IMG/VR virus record: IMGVR_UViG_3300050159_000048
Source: a virus
Lineage: Duplodnaviria; Caudoviricetes
Length of the DNA: 64,000 nt
Reading direction: 5' to 3' (one strand)
Positions within the stretch are counted from its first letter, which is position 1. Each line of letters opens with the position of its first letter. Shown here piece by piece: positions 48,949-57,436 of the stretch. Position numbers and translations under genes: made by a program. The notes under the pieces are model-generated. The model saw only the letters and a program-made list of their open reading frames with translations, was not told the DNA's origin and did not search any database.

Positions 48949-48956
48949 TATTTATC
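48949..48956 (-). promoter_or_regulatory. Late-type promoter (GATAAATA) upstream of DNA polymerase
   Basis: Directly after the terminator at 48965-48992. Confidence 0.55.
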
Positions 48957-48964
48957 ACGCATAA

Positions 48965-48992
48965 AAAAAGAGCCCCTTTCGGGGCTCTTTTT
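48965..48992 (-). terminator. Rho-independent terminator
   Basis: GAGCCCC-GAAA-GGGGCTC-TTTTT on the minus strand. Confidence 0.85.
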
Positions 48993-49350
48993 ATTCATCA
49001 GACTTGTCTAAGGGGTCGTTATGCCCACCAACATCGTCGGGGTCGCGCAGCTTCCCTTCAATGACGGTTTCGTACAGCGTCTCGAAGTGGCGATTTTCCT
49101 CGAGCATAGATCCGTAGTTGTGCTTGTACATCGTGGCAGCAATCTTACGAACCAGCTTCTTGTCAACACCGTATTCAGCAGCAATGTCTGCAACCGATTC
49201 CTTCATACCTTCCTTCAGATCGTCGATTTGTTGGTGGTAATGAGTCACAGTGGCCAGTGCTGACTTGAACTTCTTGCGAATTTCCGGATCAGCCAGAATG
49301 TTGCCCTTGTTGTTATCGTCTGCGGAACGTGCTTTTACTGGTTTAACCAT
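48991..49350 (-). CDS. Double-stranded DNA-binding protein, T4 DsbA-like
   Basis: IAAEYGVDKKLVRKIAATMYKHNY...FETLYETV pattern. Confidence 0.65.
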   Translation of the reverse strand: MVKPVKARSADDNNKGNILADPEIRKKFKSALATVTHYHQQIDDLKEGMKESVADIAAEYGVDKKLVRKIAATMYKHNYGSMLEENRHFETLYETVIEGKLRDPDDVGGHNDPLDKSDE

Positions 49351-49386
49351 GATTTCTCCTTATTGTTATAGTCTAATCTTAGTGGG

Positions 49387-50100
49387 TCAAATACGTTGCG
49401 ACAACAGGCCGTGTTTTTTGTTAAACGGCTGAACTTGCTTTGTAATCAAGCTCCGTACGCCTACAACGTAGGCGTATTGGGCTGGTGAGCGTAGATGTTC
49501 CACGTTACCGATGCCCATATTGTATGCTGCTACTGCCTTATCCCAGTTGCCGTTGCATAGGTCAAAGTACAACTTGAAATGCATTGCAGCGATTCGAATG
49601 TTTGCCTCGTCATTGTTTAGTAGCAAGGCTACGATCTCATCGTTGGTGACTTTATCGTATGGTTTGTGGGGGAAGTAAACTTTCGCAACTTGGGGGTTGC
49701 GCTGCAAAACTGACCGTGCTGCAACCACTTGAACTTGCATCAATCCGTATGATCGCTTGCTTGCTGCTGCTCCGCGGTTACCGATCGGGTCGCTCTGGCC
49801 ACCCTTAGTTTCACGCAGCAAGATAGCTTGCAGGGTTTCTGGATGTCCTACCTCACTTCCAATCTGAAACACTCTCTTCATGTTGTCTACAGCAGTTCGC
49901 GTAAACGCTTGGAGTTGTGTTGTGGTTTCTGGCTGTGTACGCGTTGGTGTACGCACAACAGTTGCTTGTGGCTCTGCTACTACAACTTCTGGCAGCGCTG
50001 ATTCAGTGGATGCTGAACCTTCTGCATATGCGAATGATTCAGTCATCATCAACACGAATAGCAACAGAGACGCGGTTATTCGATGATTGCTCATCTTCAT
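49387..50100 (-). CDS. Lytic transglycosylase (SLT) with predicted Sec signal peptide
   Basis: LRETKGG, SYGLMQV, AVAAYNMG. N-terminus MKMSNHRITASLLLFVLMMTESFAYA. Confidence 0.85.
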   Translation of the reverse strand: MKMSNHRITASLLLFVLMMTESFAYAEGSASTESALPEVVVAEPQATVVRTPTRTQPETTTQLQAFTRTAVDNMKRVFQIGSEVGHPETLQAILLRETKGGQSDPIGNRGAAASKRSYGLMQVQVVAARSVLQRNPQVAKVYFPHKPYDKVTNDEIVALLLNNDEANIRIAAMHFKLYFDLCNGNWDKAVAAYNMGIGNVEHLRSPAQYAYVVGVRSLITKQVQPFNKKHGLLSQRI

Positions 50101-50149
50101 TCCTTTCGTCAAAAGTTATACCCTCCTGGTATTACTACCAAGAAGGGCG

Positions 50150-50178
50150 ATTATAGTTGAGATAGGGAGTTAAATCAA
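50150..50178 (-). promoter_or_regulatory. Strong sigma70 promoter for the SLT gene
   Basis: TTGATT-N17-TATAAT. Confidence 0.75.
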
Positions 50179-50807
50179 CTGGGTTGGTTTAGGTATGGTC
50201 CAAACCAAGTCGTATAGTTACCAGGGAAGCTACCTGGATTATACATATACGGCGTTTTAGCTACGATGTGGAATCGTGCTTGAAAGAGGTCACCCGCAAA
50301 CACCTCTGTGGTGTTATTTATGAAGTGAGGATCACTGGGGAACACGATTAGTGTGCCACGCTGCGGATTAAATCCGAAATGATGTTGAACAAACTCAAGT
50401 TTGCCGCCATATACATCAAATTCCTGTTCAAACGGAGTATTTTCTTGATAATCTGACAGGAATAGAACTGCTGTCAGATCGCGAGCATTTGTGCGAACCC
50501 ACTTGCCTCGTAAGTGCTCACTGTTCTCAGCCCGGAAGGTGCCAGAACTTCCCGCAGGAAACCACTCAAATTCAACACTCTCCGTGCCACGGTACAGCAT
50601 CTGATAGTGCCCTTGGATTTCGGGCAGTAACATAAGCAGCCGCTCATAAATCAAACCTTCAGCAGTTTCCGACCGTTTGGTCGTCTTCACATACTTCCCG
50701 TCCTTGTTTTGATCAGGGACATTGAAATCCACAATATCAACAATATCTTCACACATCAGAGGAGAAATGAACTCCTCAACAACATAAAACGGAGACTTAT
50801 TCATCAT
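50175..50807 (-). CDS. 2OG-Fe(II) oxygenase-fold protein, apparently lacking canonical His ligands
   Basis: RDLTAVLFLSD, YGGKLEF, GTLIVFPS double-stranded beta-helix motifs. Confidence 0.7.
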   Translation of the reverse strand: MMNKSPFYVVEEFISPLMCEDIVDIVDFNVPDQNKDGKYVKTTKRSETAEGLIYERLLMLLPEIQGHYQMLYRGTESVEFEWFPAGSSGTFRAENSEHLRGKWVRTNARDLTAVLFLSDYQENTPFEQEFDVYGGKLEFVQHHFGFNPQRGTLIVFPSDPHFINNTTEVFAGDLFQARFHIVAKTPYMYNPGSFPGNYTTWFGPYLNQPS

Positions 50808-51339
50808 TATGGACTTTGAGAGTATTCAGGTACGTAACCAATTCCGGAATAGTTACATTATGTTTTGCTAGAATTTGAACAGCTTCCATGATTTGCATAT
50901 CGCGATCAATATTGGCGGCAGATTCGGAAGTTGGGGCGTCCGCCTCATCCTGATTTGGGTTAATCAGGAAGTTACCTGCTTGCAGGATATTCTGACCGAC
51001 AAGGATTGCTGTATCCATGTGTGAGCGATCATTCAAGTTGAACGTAGCAGCCTTGAGTTGAACTCCTTCAATTTCAACATCCAACCGCACCATTGGTCGA
51101 TGCTCTCCACCGTGGTCTGCAGAATGCACTTCCTGTGTCCCGTCGACGTCAAGCGTGATTTGGTTCTTGGATAGCTGTGGACATACAAAAGTAACCGTTC
51201 CACGCTTTTCGTCCATCTGGATATTCTCAGCGTGGAGTGATGAGGTTGTTGCCCCAGTGTCAACCTTCCCCTCAAGGGAGCGACCCAATTGTAAGAAATT
51301 CACTGTTACACTGTTGCCAATTACCTTGTTGTTCATCAT
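50797..51339 (-). CDS. Retropepsin-like (RimK-associated type) aspartic protease
   Basis: GKVDTGATTSSLHA, LNDRSHMDTAILVGQNIL. Confidence 0.85.
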   Translation of the reverse strand: MMNNKVIGNSVTVNFLQLGRSLEGKVDTGATTSSLHAENIQMDEKRGTVTFVCPQLSKNQITLDVDGTQEVHSADHGGEHRPMVRLDVEIEGVQLKAATFNLNDRSHMDTAILVGQNILQAGNFLINPNQDEADAPTSESAANIDRDMQIMEAVQILAKHNVTIPELVTYLNTLKVHNDE

Positions 51340-52004
51340 TACACTCCATACGTTTTGTGATACGTATTTATGCGTCGAAGAAGTGGCTCAATGTATGGCT
51401 CAATCGGTTGCTTGAATATCAACGGTACAGCTCCTCGTTCGCTGCTCATGATGATCACAATTTGATCAATTTGAATGCCATACCGCTCCAGATACATCAA
51501 TGCATACGCTGTTGTCTGTAGGAAATAGTCACCAATCATCGATTGCTTCTTATCGGTTGTTGATGTTTTGAAGTCGATGATTGCGGGCACTCCGTCGTAT
51601 TCGCCAATACAATCAACACGCCCAGCAACACGCATTACATCACTCCACAGCGCGGATTCTTGAGTGTGAATGTTATTGATCCGCTTTAGATGGACCTTCA
51701 GCATGTTGAAGTCTGGAATGTGGGCCGGTAACATATCGCGAGTAGGATCTACCTCATTGTTGAGGTACCGCTCCACCATCAAGTGAACTGCTGACCCTCG
51801 GTCGGCTGCTCGCTTCATTTCAGCGTCTGCTCGATCTGCGCCCATACTGTCACGCCACTCTCGAAGCCACGGTTTGTCACCAGCTCCCAAAATGGTGGTA
51901 ATTGACGGATACTTGTTGCCTTCTGGCGTCAAATAAAAACGCCCGTTAGGACCCTCTTCTGTGTTGAGGTTAACGGGCGTGATGTTGTTGAGATGCGTGA
52001 ACAT
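51339..52004 (-). CDS. PD-(D/E)XK exonuclease (Cas4-like phage family)
   Basis: YPSITTIL, RGSAVH, AGRVDC, IIDFKTS, LQTTAY. Confidence 0.9.
   Translation of the reverse strand: MFTHLNNITPVNLNTEEGPNGRFYLTPEGNKYPSITTILGAGDKPWLREWRDSMGADRADAEMKRAADRGSAVHLMVERYLNNEVDPTRDMLPAHIPDFNMLKVHLKRINNIHTQESALWSDVMRVAGRVDCIGEYDGVPAIIDFKTSTTDKKQSMIGDYFLQTTAYALMYLERYGIQIDQIVIIMSSERGAVPLIFKQPIEPYIEPLLRRINTYHKTYGV
51365..51372 (-). promoter_or_regulatory. Late promoter (CATAAATA) inside the exonuclease 3' end
   Basis: 26 nt upstream of the protease start. Confidence 0.6.
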
Positions 52005-52014
52005 AATGTCCTAA

Positions 52015-52332
52015 TTATGCGACGCCACCTCCTGGGGTTGCAGCACCGGCACTGCCGGGAGTTGTCGTCATCGTGCGAGCCTGGGCATTTGGTGCTCCAG
52101 GTTGTGGAGTTTGAGCGTTTGGAGTTGCTCCGGAACGCTTGTCTTCCATTTGTTTTTGCTTAGCCTTCAATGCGAGCATCTTAGACAATTGTTGCTTACG
52201 TTGAAGCAGCGGTGCAGTACGTTGGTTGATCTGAGCATCAATTTGAGCCATATCCGTGGAGATTTTGTCAATCTCAGCTTGCAGATCCTCATCCAGTCTA
52301 GTCAAAAACTGCTTAAAAGACAACTGGGTCAT
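52015..52332 (-). CDS. Hypothetical, possible internal head protein
   Basis: N-terminus MTQLSFKQFLTRLDE. Confidence 0.6.
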   Translation of the reverse strand: MTQLSFKQFLTRLDEDLQAEIDKISTDMAQIDAQINQRTAPLLQRKQQLSKMLALKAKQKQMEDKRSGATPNAQTPQPGAPNAQARTMTTTPGSAGAATPGGGVA

Positions 52333-53453
52333 TACTTAACCCTCCCGATGATGTACTGAGCAATGTCGTGTGGGCGGAGACGACCCTTAGGAACATTCAA
52401 CTTCTTGGTTGGGCGAAGCTTTGATACACCCGGAGCGCGATGCGTTTCTTCCTCTTCATGTGACGACATGGAGATTGGCTCTAGGCTGTCATCGTCTTGA
52501 TCACCGCCGCCGTCTCGTTGGCCCATCTCATGTTTGAATTTGGCCAGCTGAGCCAAACGCTTAGCTTCGCGGTCTTCATCCTTGCGCGCCTTGTTGTATG
52601 TTTCCATGTCAAGGTACTGTTCTTCTTGCTTGACGCGAGACATTGCTTGAGCTACGATGGCATCAGCTTCCTTGGCCTTGGCTTCAGCCTCTTTGGCGCG
52701 AGCCTCAGCCTTGCGTGCTTCCGCGTCAGCCTTCATCATGTCAATCACTTGGGTGAGCAAGTCCTGAACCTGACCATCTCCAGCGCCACCCGTATCCATG
52801 CCCATATCCATGTCAGCTGATGGGTCAAGATCGAGATCACCGCCTTCTGGGTCCGGTTCTTGGCCTTCACCACCCGCAAGTTGTGCTTCTTGCTCCTCAT
52901 CTTCAGCGATTTCCGGCCACTGAACGTCAACAATGTTGAACTGGTCCTTTAGCTGGAACAAGATTTCTGCAATTTCGGGGACATCCTCGTCTGTACCTTC
53001 ACGATCCATCAAGAACGATTCTAGGGCACGCTCAAAATCATCAGCTTCTTCAGATTGAACAACAACACGGATCAATCCACCGTTATCGTCTTGCAAGCCA
53101 AACGTTACTGTATTGCGGTTGTCTGTTGTTTCACGCTTTTCCAAACCCTTCAGCTTGCCGATTAGGCTGTCACGATCAAAGTTGTTGGTGTTACCTTCGT
53201 CTTCGTCGGGATTTGCCAGGTCTTCGGAAACAATGTTGAATGCTTCACGAAGCTTGGTGGTCTTGGTGATTTTCTTGGCTTTGGGTTTGGTGCTAGGCTC
53301 AACAATTGGTTCTGCGACCTTTGGTTTCGCGCGCCGTACCATTTGGGCAAACAGAGGCGTGCCCGCAGAGGCAATTGAGCCCCCGCTGACTGCACCCATT
53401 GCTGCTTCTTCCGATACCATGGGGCGTGTGTTGAGTTTTTTGATTAGGTTCAT
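52332..53453 (-). CDS. Acidic coiled-coil late protein, possible internal head protein
   Basis: Start at ATG 53453 with GAGG RBS; several [ILV]xE motifs near the N-terminus. Confidence 0.65.
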   Translation of the reverse strand: MNLIKKLNTRPMVSEEAAMGAVSGGSIASAGTPLFAQMVRRAKPKVAEPIVEPSTKPKAKKITKTTKLREAFNIVSEDLANPDEDEGNTNNFDRDSLIGKLKGLEKRETTDNRNTVTFGLQDDNGGLIRVVVQSEEADDFERALESFLMDREGTDEDVPEIAEILFQLKDQFNIVDVQWPEIAEDEEQEAQLAGGEGQEPDPEGGDLDLDPSADMDMGMDTGGAGDGQVQDLLTQVIDMMKADAEARKAEARAKEAEAKAKEADAIVAQAMSRVKQEEQYLDMETYNKARKDEDREAKRLAQLAKFKHEMGQRDGGGDQDDDSLEPISMSSHEEEETHRAPGVSKLRPTKKLNVPKGRLRPHDIAQYIIGRVK

Positions 53454-53455
53454 GA

Positions 53456-53492
53456 GCCGTCCTCGTATTAGTGTCGGGTATTTATGGACGGC
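53456..53492 (-). promoter_or_regulatory. RBS-overlapping hairpin with late promoter CATAAATA in its loop
   Basis: GCCGTCC...GGACGGC 7-bp stem; TAAATA at 53484-53479. Confidence 0.6.
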
Positions 53493-53498
53493 AAAAGG

Positions 53499-53523
53499 AA
53501 AAGCCCGCACAAGGCGGGCTTTT
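53499..53523 (-). terminator. Rho-independent terminator
   Basis: AAAAGCCCGC-acaag-GCGGGCTTTT. Confidence 0.8.
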
Positions 53524-53529
53524 GTTGAG

Positions 53530-53826
53530 TTAGCGAAGACCGCTCTGCTTGAACGCTCGCCATTTCGGCTCAATCTTGTCACCTGTGGTATGTTCTACCC
53601 AAGTTTCGAAGTTGAACATCGTGGACATCATGCGGTCACGGTACTCACGGTACTCTGCGTGCAGCTTCGCGATGCGCTCACGTTCAGCTGGCTCCACATC
53701 CGACAAGTCGATCGCACGAATCAAATCCGACGGCAGAGACACTGGCAGAATGACGCGGGTAGTGACATCCTGCTTGCCTTGACTTTCGTACACAATAGAC
53801 GTGATTTGGTTCTCGGTCAGATTCAT
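53530..53826 (-). CDS. Hypothetical, WYL/SH3-like pattern
   Basis: IVY...G...TTRVILP...AIDL...WRAF. Confidence 0.4.
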   Translation of the reverse strand: MNLTENQITSIVYESQGKQDVTTRVILPVSLPSDLIRAIDLSDVEPAERERIAKLHAEYREYRDRMMSTMFNFETWVEHTTGDKIEPKWRAFKQSGLR

Positions 53827-54107
53827 TCTGCCGCTCCCTCAGCACCGTCGTTGGCAGCGGGTAGGAGGCCCAGGTTCTGCGCCTTTTGCATGGCTTCTTC
53901 ACGCTCCTGCTTCAGCATCTGAACCAGAGCGGTTTGAGCGTCGCGCAGCGCGCTTCGCACCATCAGCAGGTCAGACGACAGGTCCGCCTCCTTCTGACGC
54001 CAATCGTCAAAGAAGCCAACGAGCTGCTGCACTTGTTCGCTCATCTTGGCAACTTCATAGGTTGCATCGTCAAGTTGAATGGTCAGGGTGGGTTGTACGG
54101 GTTTCAT
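53823..54107 (-). CDS. Small coiled-coil hypothetical protein
   Basis: 94 aa with AGGAG RBS. Confidence 0.7.
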   Translation of the reverse strand: MKPVQPTLTIQLDDATYEVAKMSEQVQQLVGFFDDWRQKEADLSSDLLMVRSALRDAQTALVQMLKQEREEAMQKAQNLGLLPAANDGAEGAAE

Positions 54108-54126
54108 ATAGTTCTCCTAGGAAATT

Positions 54127-55479
54127 TTACTGGCCGTCGCCAGTATCAAACAGATCATCCCAACCACGCTTAGTGGATTGGTTCTTTTTGATTTTGTTGG
54201 GGTCGATCACACCATCGTCATCGACCGGGTCGGCGTCTCGATTAAGAATGCGTAGGAAGCCGTTGTCCCACTTGAGGAACAGTTGCTTACCGACAGCGTC
54301 GCTACTGCGGGACTTAAGGAAGACAAATCCAATTTCTCCTGCCGCCTTCATGGTTGCATTCATAATGATCGACACATACCAGTCAACGGTATTCACTTTA
54401 CTGATACCGCCTGCGATGTGTCCCTGATTTAGTTCTTGTGCATCAATAGCTGAACGGTTCTGCTGCGATGCGGTTGCTCCGAACATATTGAAGTCAAACA
54501 AAATGTCGCGCAGCTGTTCTGTGGCACGCTTATCCTTTTCAAACACGTTATCGGCTGATACATGTTCATTAGCCCCCATCAGGTCGAGATAGTCAACGAC
54601 TATCATATCGGGGACATACCCATGAACGAGCTCAAACTCCTTTAGATACGCGCGAATGCGGTTGCTGTTAGTGCCAACAGGCATCCGCTTAATCGTCAGC
54701 TTGCCCATCTGTGGAGCAACAAGGTTAATCGTTTGAGCGATCTCATCCTTGTGTTGTGCCCAAATAACCGACGACACGCCCGACAGCATCTGGTCAAACC
54801 GCTGTGCGATCATTTCTTCGGAGAGTTCCAAAGAAAGATACAGCACGTTCATCTTCTCTTTGCTGCCCGGTGTCCGGGATTGCATCAGGAAGTTTAATGC
54901 TAGGTTGGCAAGCGTAATAGACTTACCACCACCTGAGTTGGCTGAGAACAGTAGGATTTCTTTGCGTGCCAATCCACCACCAAGCAGATCATCAAATTCC
55001 TTCCAACGAGTTGGAGTGCGCAAGGGAACCCTGGATTGTTCATCGAGGCGAACATCTGGGTTCGAGAAGTAGTCCAACCCCAGGTCGCGGTTCAGAGAAA
55101 TTGTGATCGCATCGCGGATTAGCTGCTCGGCCGTACCGTAGTCAACGTCCGATGCAACTTCGTTGATTAGCTTGGAAGATTTAACAATCGCTTGCTCGAA
55201 TGCGCGTCGCTTGCAAAACGCTTCGATCTGGTCGGACATGAACTTGATCTCTGCACGAGAAACGTCGTCACGAGCCTTTAGAGAGACATTGGTCTCAGCA
55301 TCAATTTGAGAGGGCGTGGGGGTAGCGTTGTACTTGTCGTAGTACTCGTGGATAAAGTCCACAGTTTTGCGCAAGTCGGGGTCGAAGTAATCCGACTTGA
55401 TGATGTGCTTACACAGAGCGAATGTGTCGGGTGACGACACCACATATTCAAGGAGCAATCGTTGTTTTTTGTTATTCAT
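54127..55479 (-). CDS. Replicative DNA helicase, gp41/DnaB-like
   Basis: ANSGGGKS, LSLELSE, VVDYLDLM, TASQQNR, LKSRSS. Confidence 0.95.
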   Translation of the reverse strand: MNNKKQRLLLEYVVSSPDTFALCKHIIKSDYFDPDLRKTVDFIHEYYDKYNATPTPSQIDAETNVSLKARDDVSRAEIKFMSDQIEAFCKRRAFEQAIVKSSKLINEVASDVDYGTAEQLIRDAITISLNRDLGLDYFSNPDVRLDEQSRVPLRTPTRWKEFDDLLGGGLARKEILLFSANSGGGKSITLANLALNFLMQSRTPGSKEKMNVLYLSLELSEEMIAQRFDQMLSGVSSVIWAQHKDEIAQTINLVAPQMGKLTIKRMPVGTNSNRIRAYLKEFELVHGYVPDMIVVDYLDLMGANEHVSADNVFEKDKRATEQLRDILFDFNMFGATASQQNRSAIDAQELNQGHIAGGISKVNTVDWYVSIIMNATMKAAGEIGFVFLKSRSSDAVGKQLFLKWDNGFLRILNRDADPVDDDGVIDPNKIKKNQSTKRGWDDLFDTGDGQ

Positions 55480-55501
55480 TAGTCATCCTCATCAGAAGGT
55501 G

Positions 55502-55530
55502 ACTATATTACAATACAGCGGTTACGTCAA
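55502..55530 (-). promoter_or_regulatory. sigma70 promoter for the helicase
   Basis: TTGACG-N17-TATAGT. Confidence 0.75.
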
Positions 55531-56526
55531 CAGAATGTGCGGGTAAATTGACCGAATTACCGATTTTTGAGCATACGCTTTTCCCTGAGCATAGTACAAT
55601 TCAGGTTGTGAGCTGTTAATGTACCCAAGGTCGATATACTGGTCATAGACTCGGTCCACATTTGTGTGAGGAGAGCGACTCAGTAGTAGCAGCACTTCAC
55701 CGGGCTGCGGTTGGCCCGATCCGTTGAAACTGTATGGGTAGAATAATGAACCGTTGGAGATTGCGCCAACAGAGAAATACAGTGGCGCGTTCGGAGTCGT
55801 CACGATGTTGAAACTACGTAGAATGTATTGATTACCGTTGGCAACAATACTCTCATACCCAGCCCAAGGCGAGTTGATTGACGGCACATAGTCAATACCA
55901 ACATATTCAATGGTGTTGTTGGATGAGCTACCTGAGTAGAATGTGACACCCAAACTAACCATTGGCGAAGTTGCCAACGTAGCAATCGTAATTTCGCCCG
56001 CATTTGTAGAAATCTGGACTGGGGCAGTATCGGAACTGGTTGACGACAGAGCCATTGGATTCACAGTGTTTTCCGATGACAATGCGATGCATTGTACCAA
56101 TCCTGATACAGCAACGTCAAACGTCAGGATGACCGTGTTCGAGTCAACGATTTGAGTACTCGTTGGAGTTCCGGGCTCTAGTGTGGCACTACCAGAGGAG
56201 GTGTCGCGATACACGTATACGTGTAGAATTGGACGGTTTGCTAGATTATGCTTTACAATCCATTGATTGGATTGTACAGGTTGTTCGTGAGTGTACAACA
56301 CCTTGCGTTGGTGCCAATCTTGCAAACCTTCTACCTCAGGAGGGAACGCTGGCGTGGCGTTAATCTCTTTGGTCTGAGTTACACGGTTTAGCTTACCTTG
56401 GCAGTTGTAAGTAATGATGCAGCGCTGCATCACTTCCATTCCCTGCTTATTTGCAGGGACACGGACGCGACGCTTGCACGTCGTGCATTCATATACGCTT
56501 TCACCTTTGACTACAACTGCTGGCAT
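55522..56526 (-). CDS. Probable virion protein with N-terminal Cys4 motif
   Basis: CTTC...CIITYNC, then YTHEQ...WIVKHNL motif typical of phage structural proteins. Confidence 0.55.
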   Translation of the reverse strand: MPAVVVKGESVYECTTCKRRVRVPANKQGMEVMQRCIITYNCQGKLNRVTQTKEINATPAFPPEVEGLQDWHQRKVLYTHEQPVQSNQWIVKHNLANRPILHVYVYRDTSSGSATLEPGTPTSTQIVDSNTVILTFDVAVSGLVQCIALSSENTVNPMALSSTSSDTAPVQISTNAGEITIATLATSPMVSLGVTFYSGSSSNNTIEYVGIDYVPSINSPWAGYESIVANGNQYILRSFNIVTTPNAPLYFSVGAISNGSLFYPYSFNGSGQPQPGEVLLLLSRSPHTNVDRVYDQYIDLGYINSSQPELYYAQGKAYAQKSVIRSIYPHILLT

Positions 56527-56528
56527 GA

Positions 56529-56843
56529 TTACATCATTTCAAGACGATCTAGCTGACCAGCTAGAATGATTTTGGATGTGCGTTCCAAATAAGCCTTTTC
56601 CAGGTTGGCTGGGACCTTGACTGCGAACGACATCACGGTGTTCAGGTTGAATACATGCTGACCTTCAGCGTCAACCAGACTGTGAGGGAATAGATCCAGT
56701 ACAACCGACTCGCCACGTTGCATTGGACGGATCACCAATGGTTGTTCCAGTGTGATTGTGTTTTGTTCGAGGTTGCGTTCAACAACACGCCCGATAACTT
56801 CTGCACCAGCGATGGTGACAAACAGCATTAGTTCTGTATTCAT
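56529..56843 (-). CDS. Sm-like fold protein (family common in T4-like phages)
   Basis: LFVTIAGAEVIGRV...ITLEQPLVI...AYLERTSKII pattern. Confidence 0.5.
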   Translation of the reverse strand: MNTELMLFVTIAGAEVIGRVVERNLEQNTITLEQPLVIRPMQRGESVVLDLFPHSLVDAEGQHVFNLNTVMSFAVKVPANLEKAYLERTSKIILAGQLDRLEMM

Positions 56844-56851
56844 AGTATACC

Positions 56852-57436
56852 TTATTTGTTATGATTAGTATTTAGTAGCTTACCGTATCCGTCACACGCA
56901 CTGGCTCGGACCGCATAGTAGTACGGAATCCCATACAGTATCACCTCCGCGTCGGCAGAAATGCCTTCGTGAAGGTTATGCGTGACGTATGTGTACCTCA
57001 CAACATCTGCAATGATGGAGGAGGCTTCTGCCTTGTCGTCTAGCTCTTCAACCAGGGCGGTTAGAGCCGTTTGGTAAGCCGTATTTGATTCATGTACTTC
57101 TTTGCTGTACATGAACTGATATCCGTCGATTGGGAAGACGTAGAACGGCTCTGTGTTTTGAGGCAGGGATGGAGTGTTTGGGTAAGCAAAGATTGCGCGT
57201 TGGCGAATATTACTGAACTGCTTACCGAATGCCATATTAAACGCGTCGGACACGTCGTCTTTGCGTTTTTGTTGGCGAACTTTCACCTTGTGAAAGTTGT
57301 GATACGTCACTGGGAGAGCTTTGAGTAAAGGCAATCCAGCCGACTCTTTTAGGAACTGTGCGCAATCAGTCTTGATCTTTTGCACCTCGCGAATTCCAAG
57401 ACCAACGCTCGTTCCAATAATGTCCTCAATGAGCAT
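56852..57436 (-). CDS. Hypothetical late protein
   Basis: 194 aa; start codon region held in a 13-bp hairpin. Confidence 0.7.
   Translation of the reverse strand: MLIEDIIGTSVGLGIREVQKIKTDCAQFLKESAGLPLLKALPVTYHNFHKVKVRQQKRKDDVSDAFNMAFGKQFSNIRQRAIFAYPNTPSLPQNTEPFYVFPIDGYQFMYSKEVHESNTAYQTALTALVEELDDKAEASSIIADVVRYTYVTHNLHEGISADAEVILYGIPYYYAVRASACDGYGKLLNTNHNK
56869..56876 (-). promoter_or_regulatory. Late promoter (ACTAAATA) inside the upstream gene end
   Basis: Upstream of ORF 56843. Confidence 0.5.

Noticed and set aside
51339-52004. Cas4-like gene as part of a CRISPR system
   Set aside because: No repeat-spacer array or other cas genes seen; this exonuclease family is common in large phages.
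53113-53922. Long antisense ORFs (also 22774-23472, 6860-7363, 60713-61201)
   Set aside because: They are shadows of well-supported genes on the opposite strand, without RBS or recognisable motifs.
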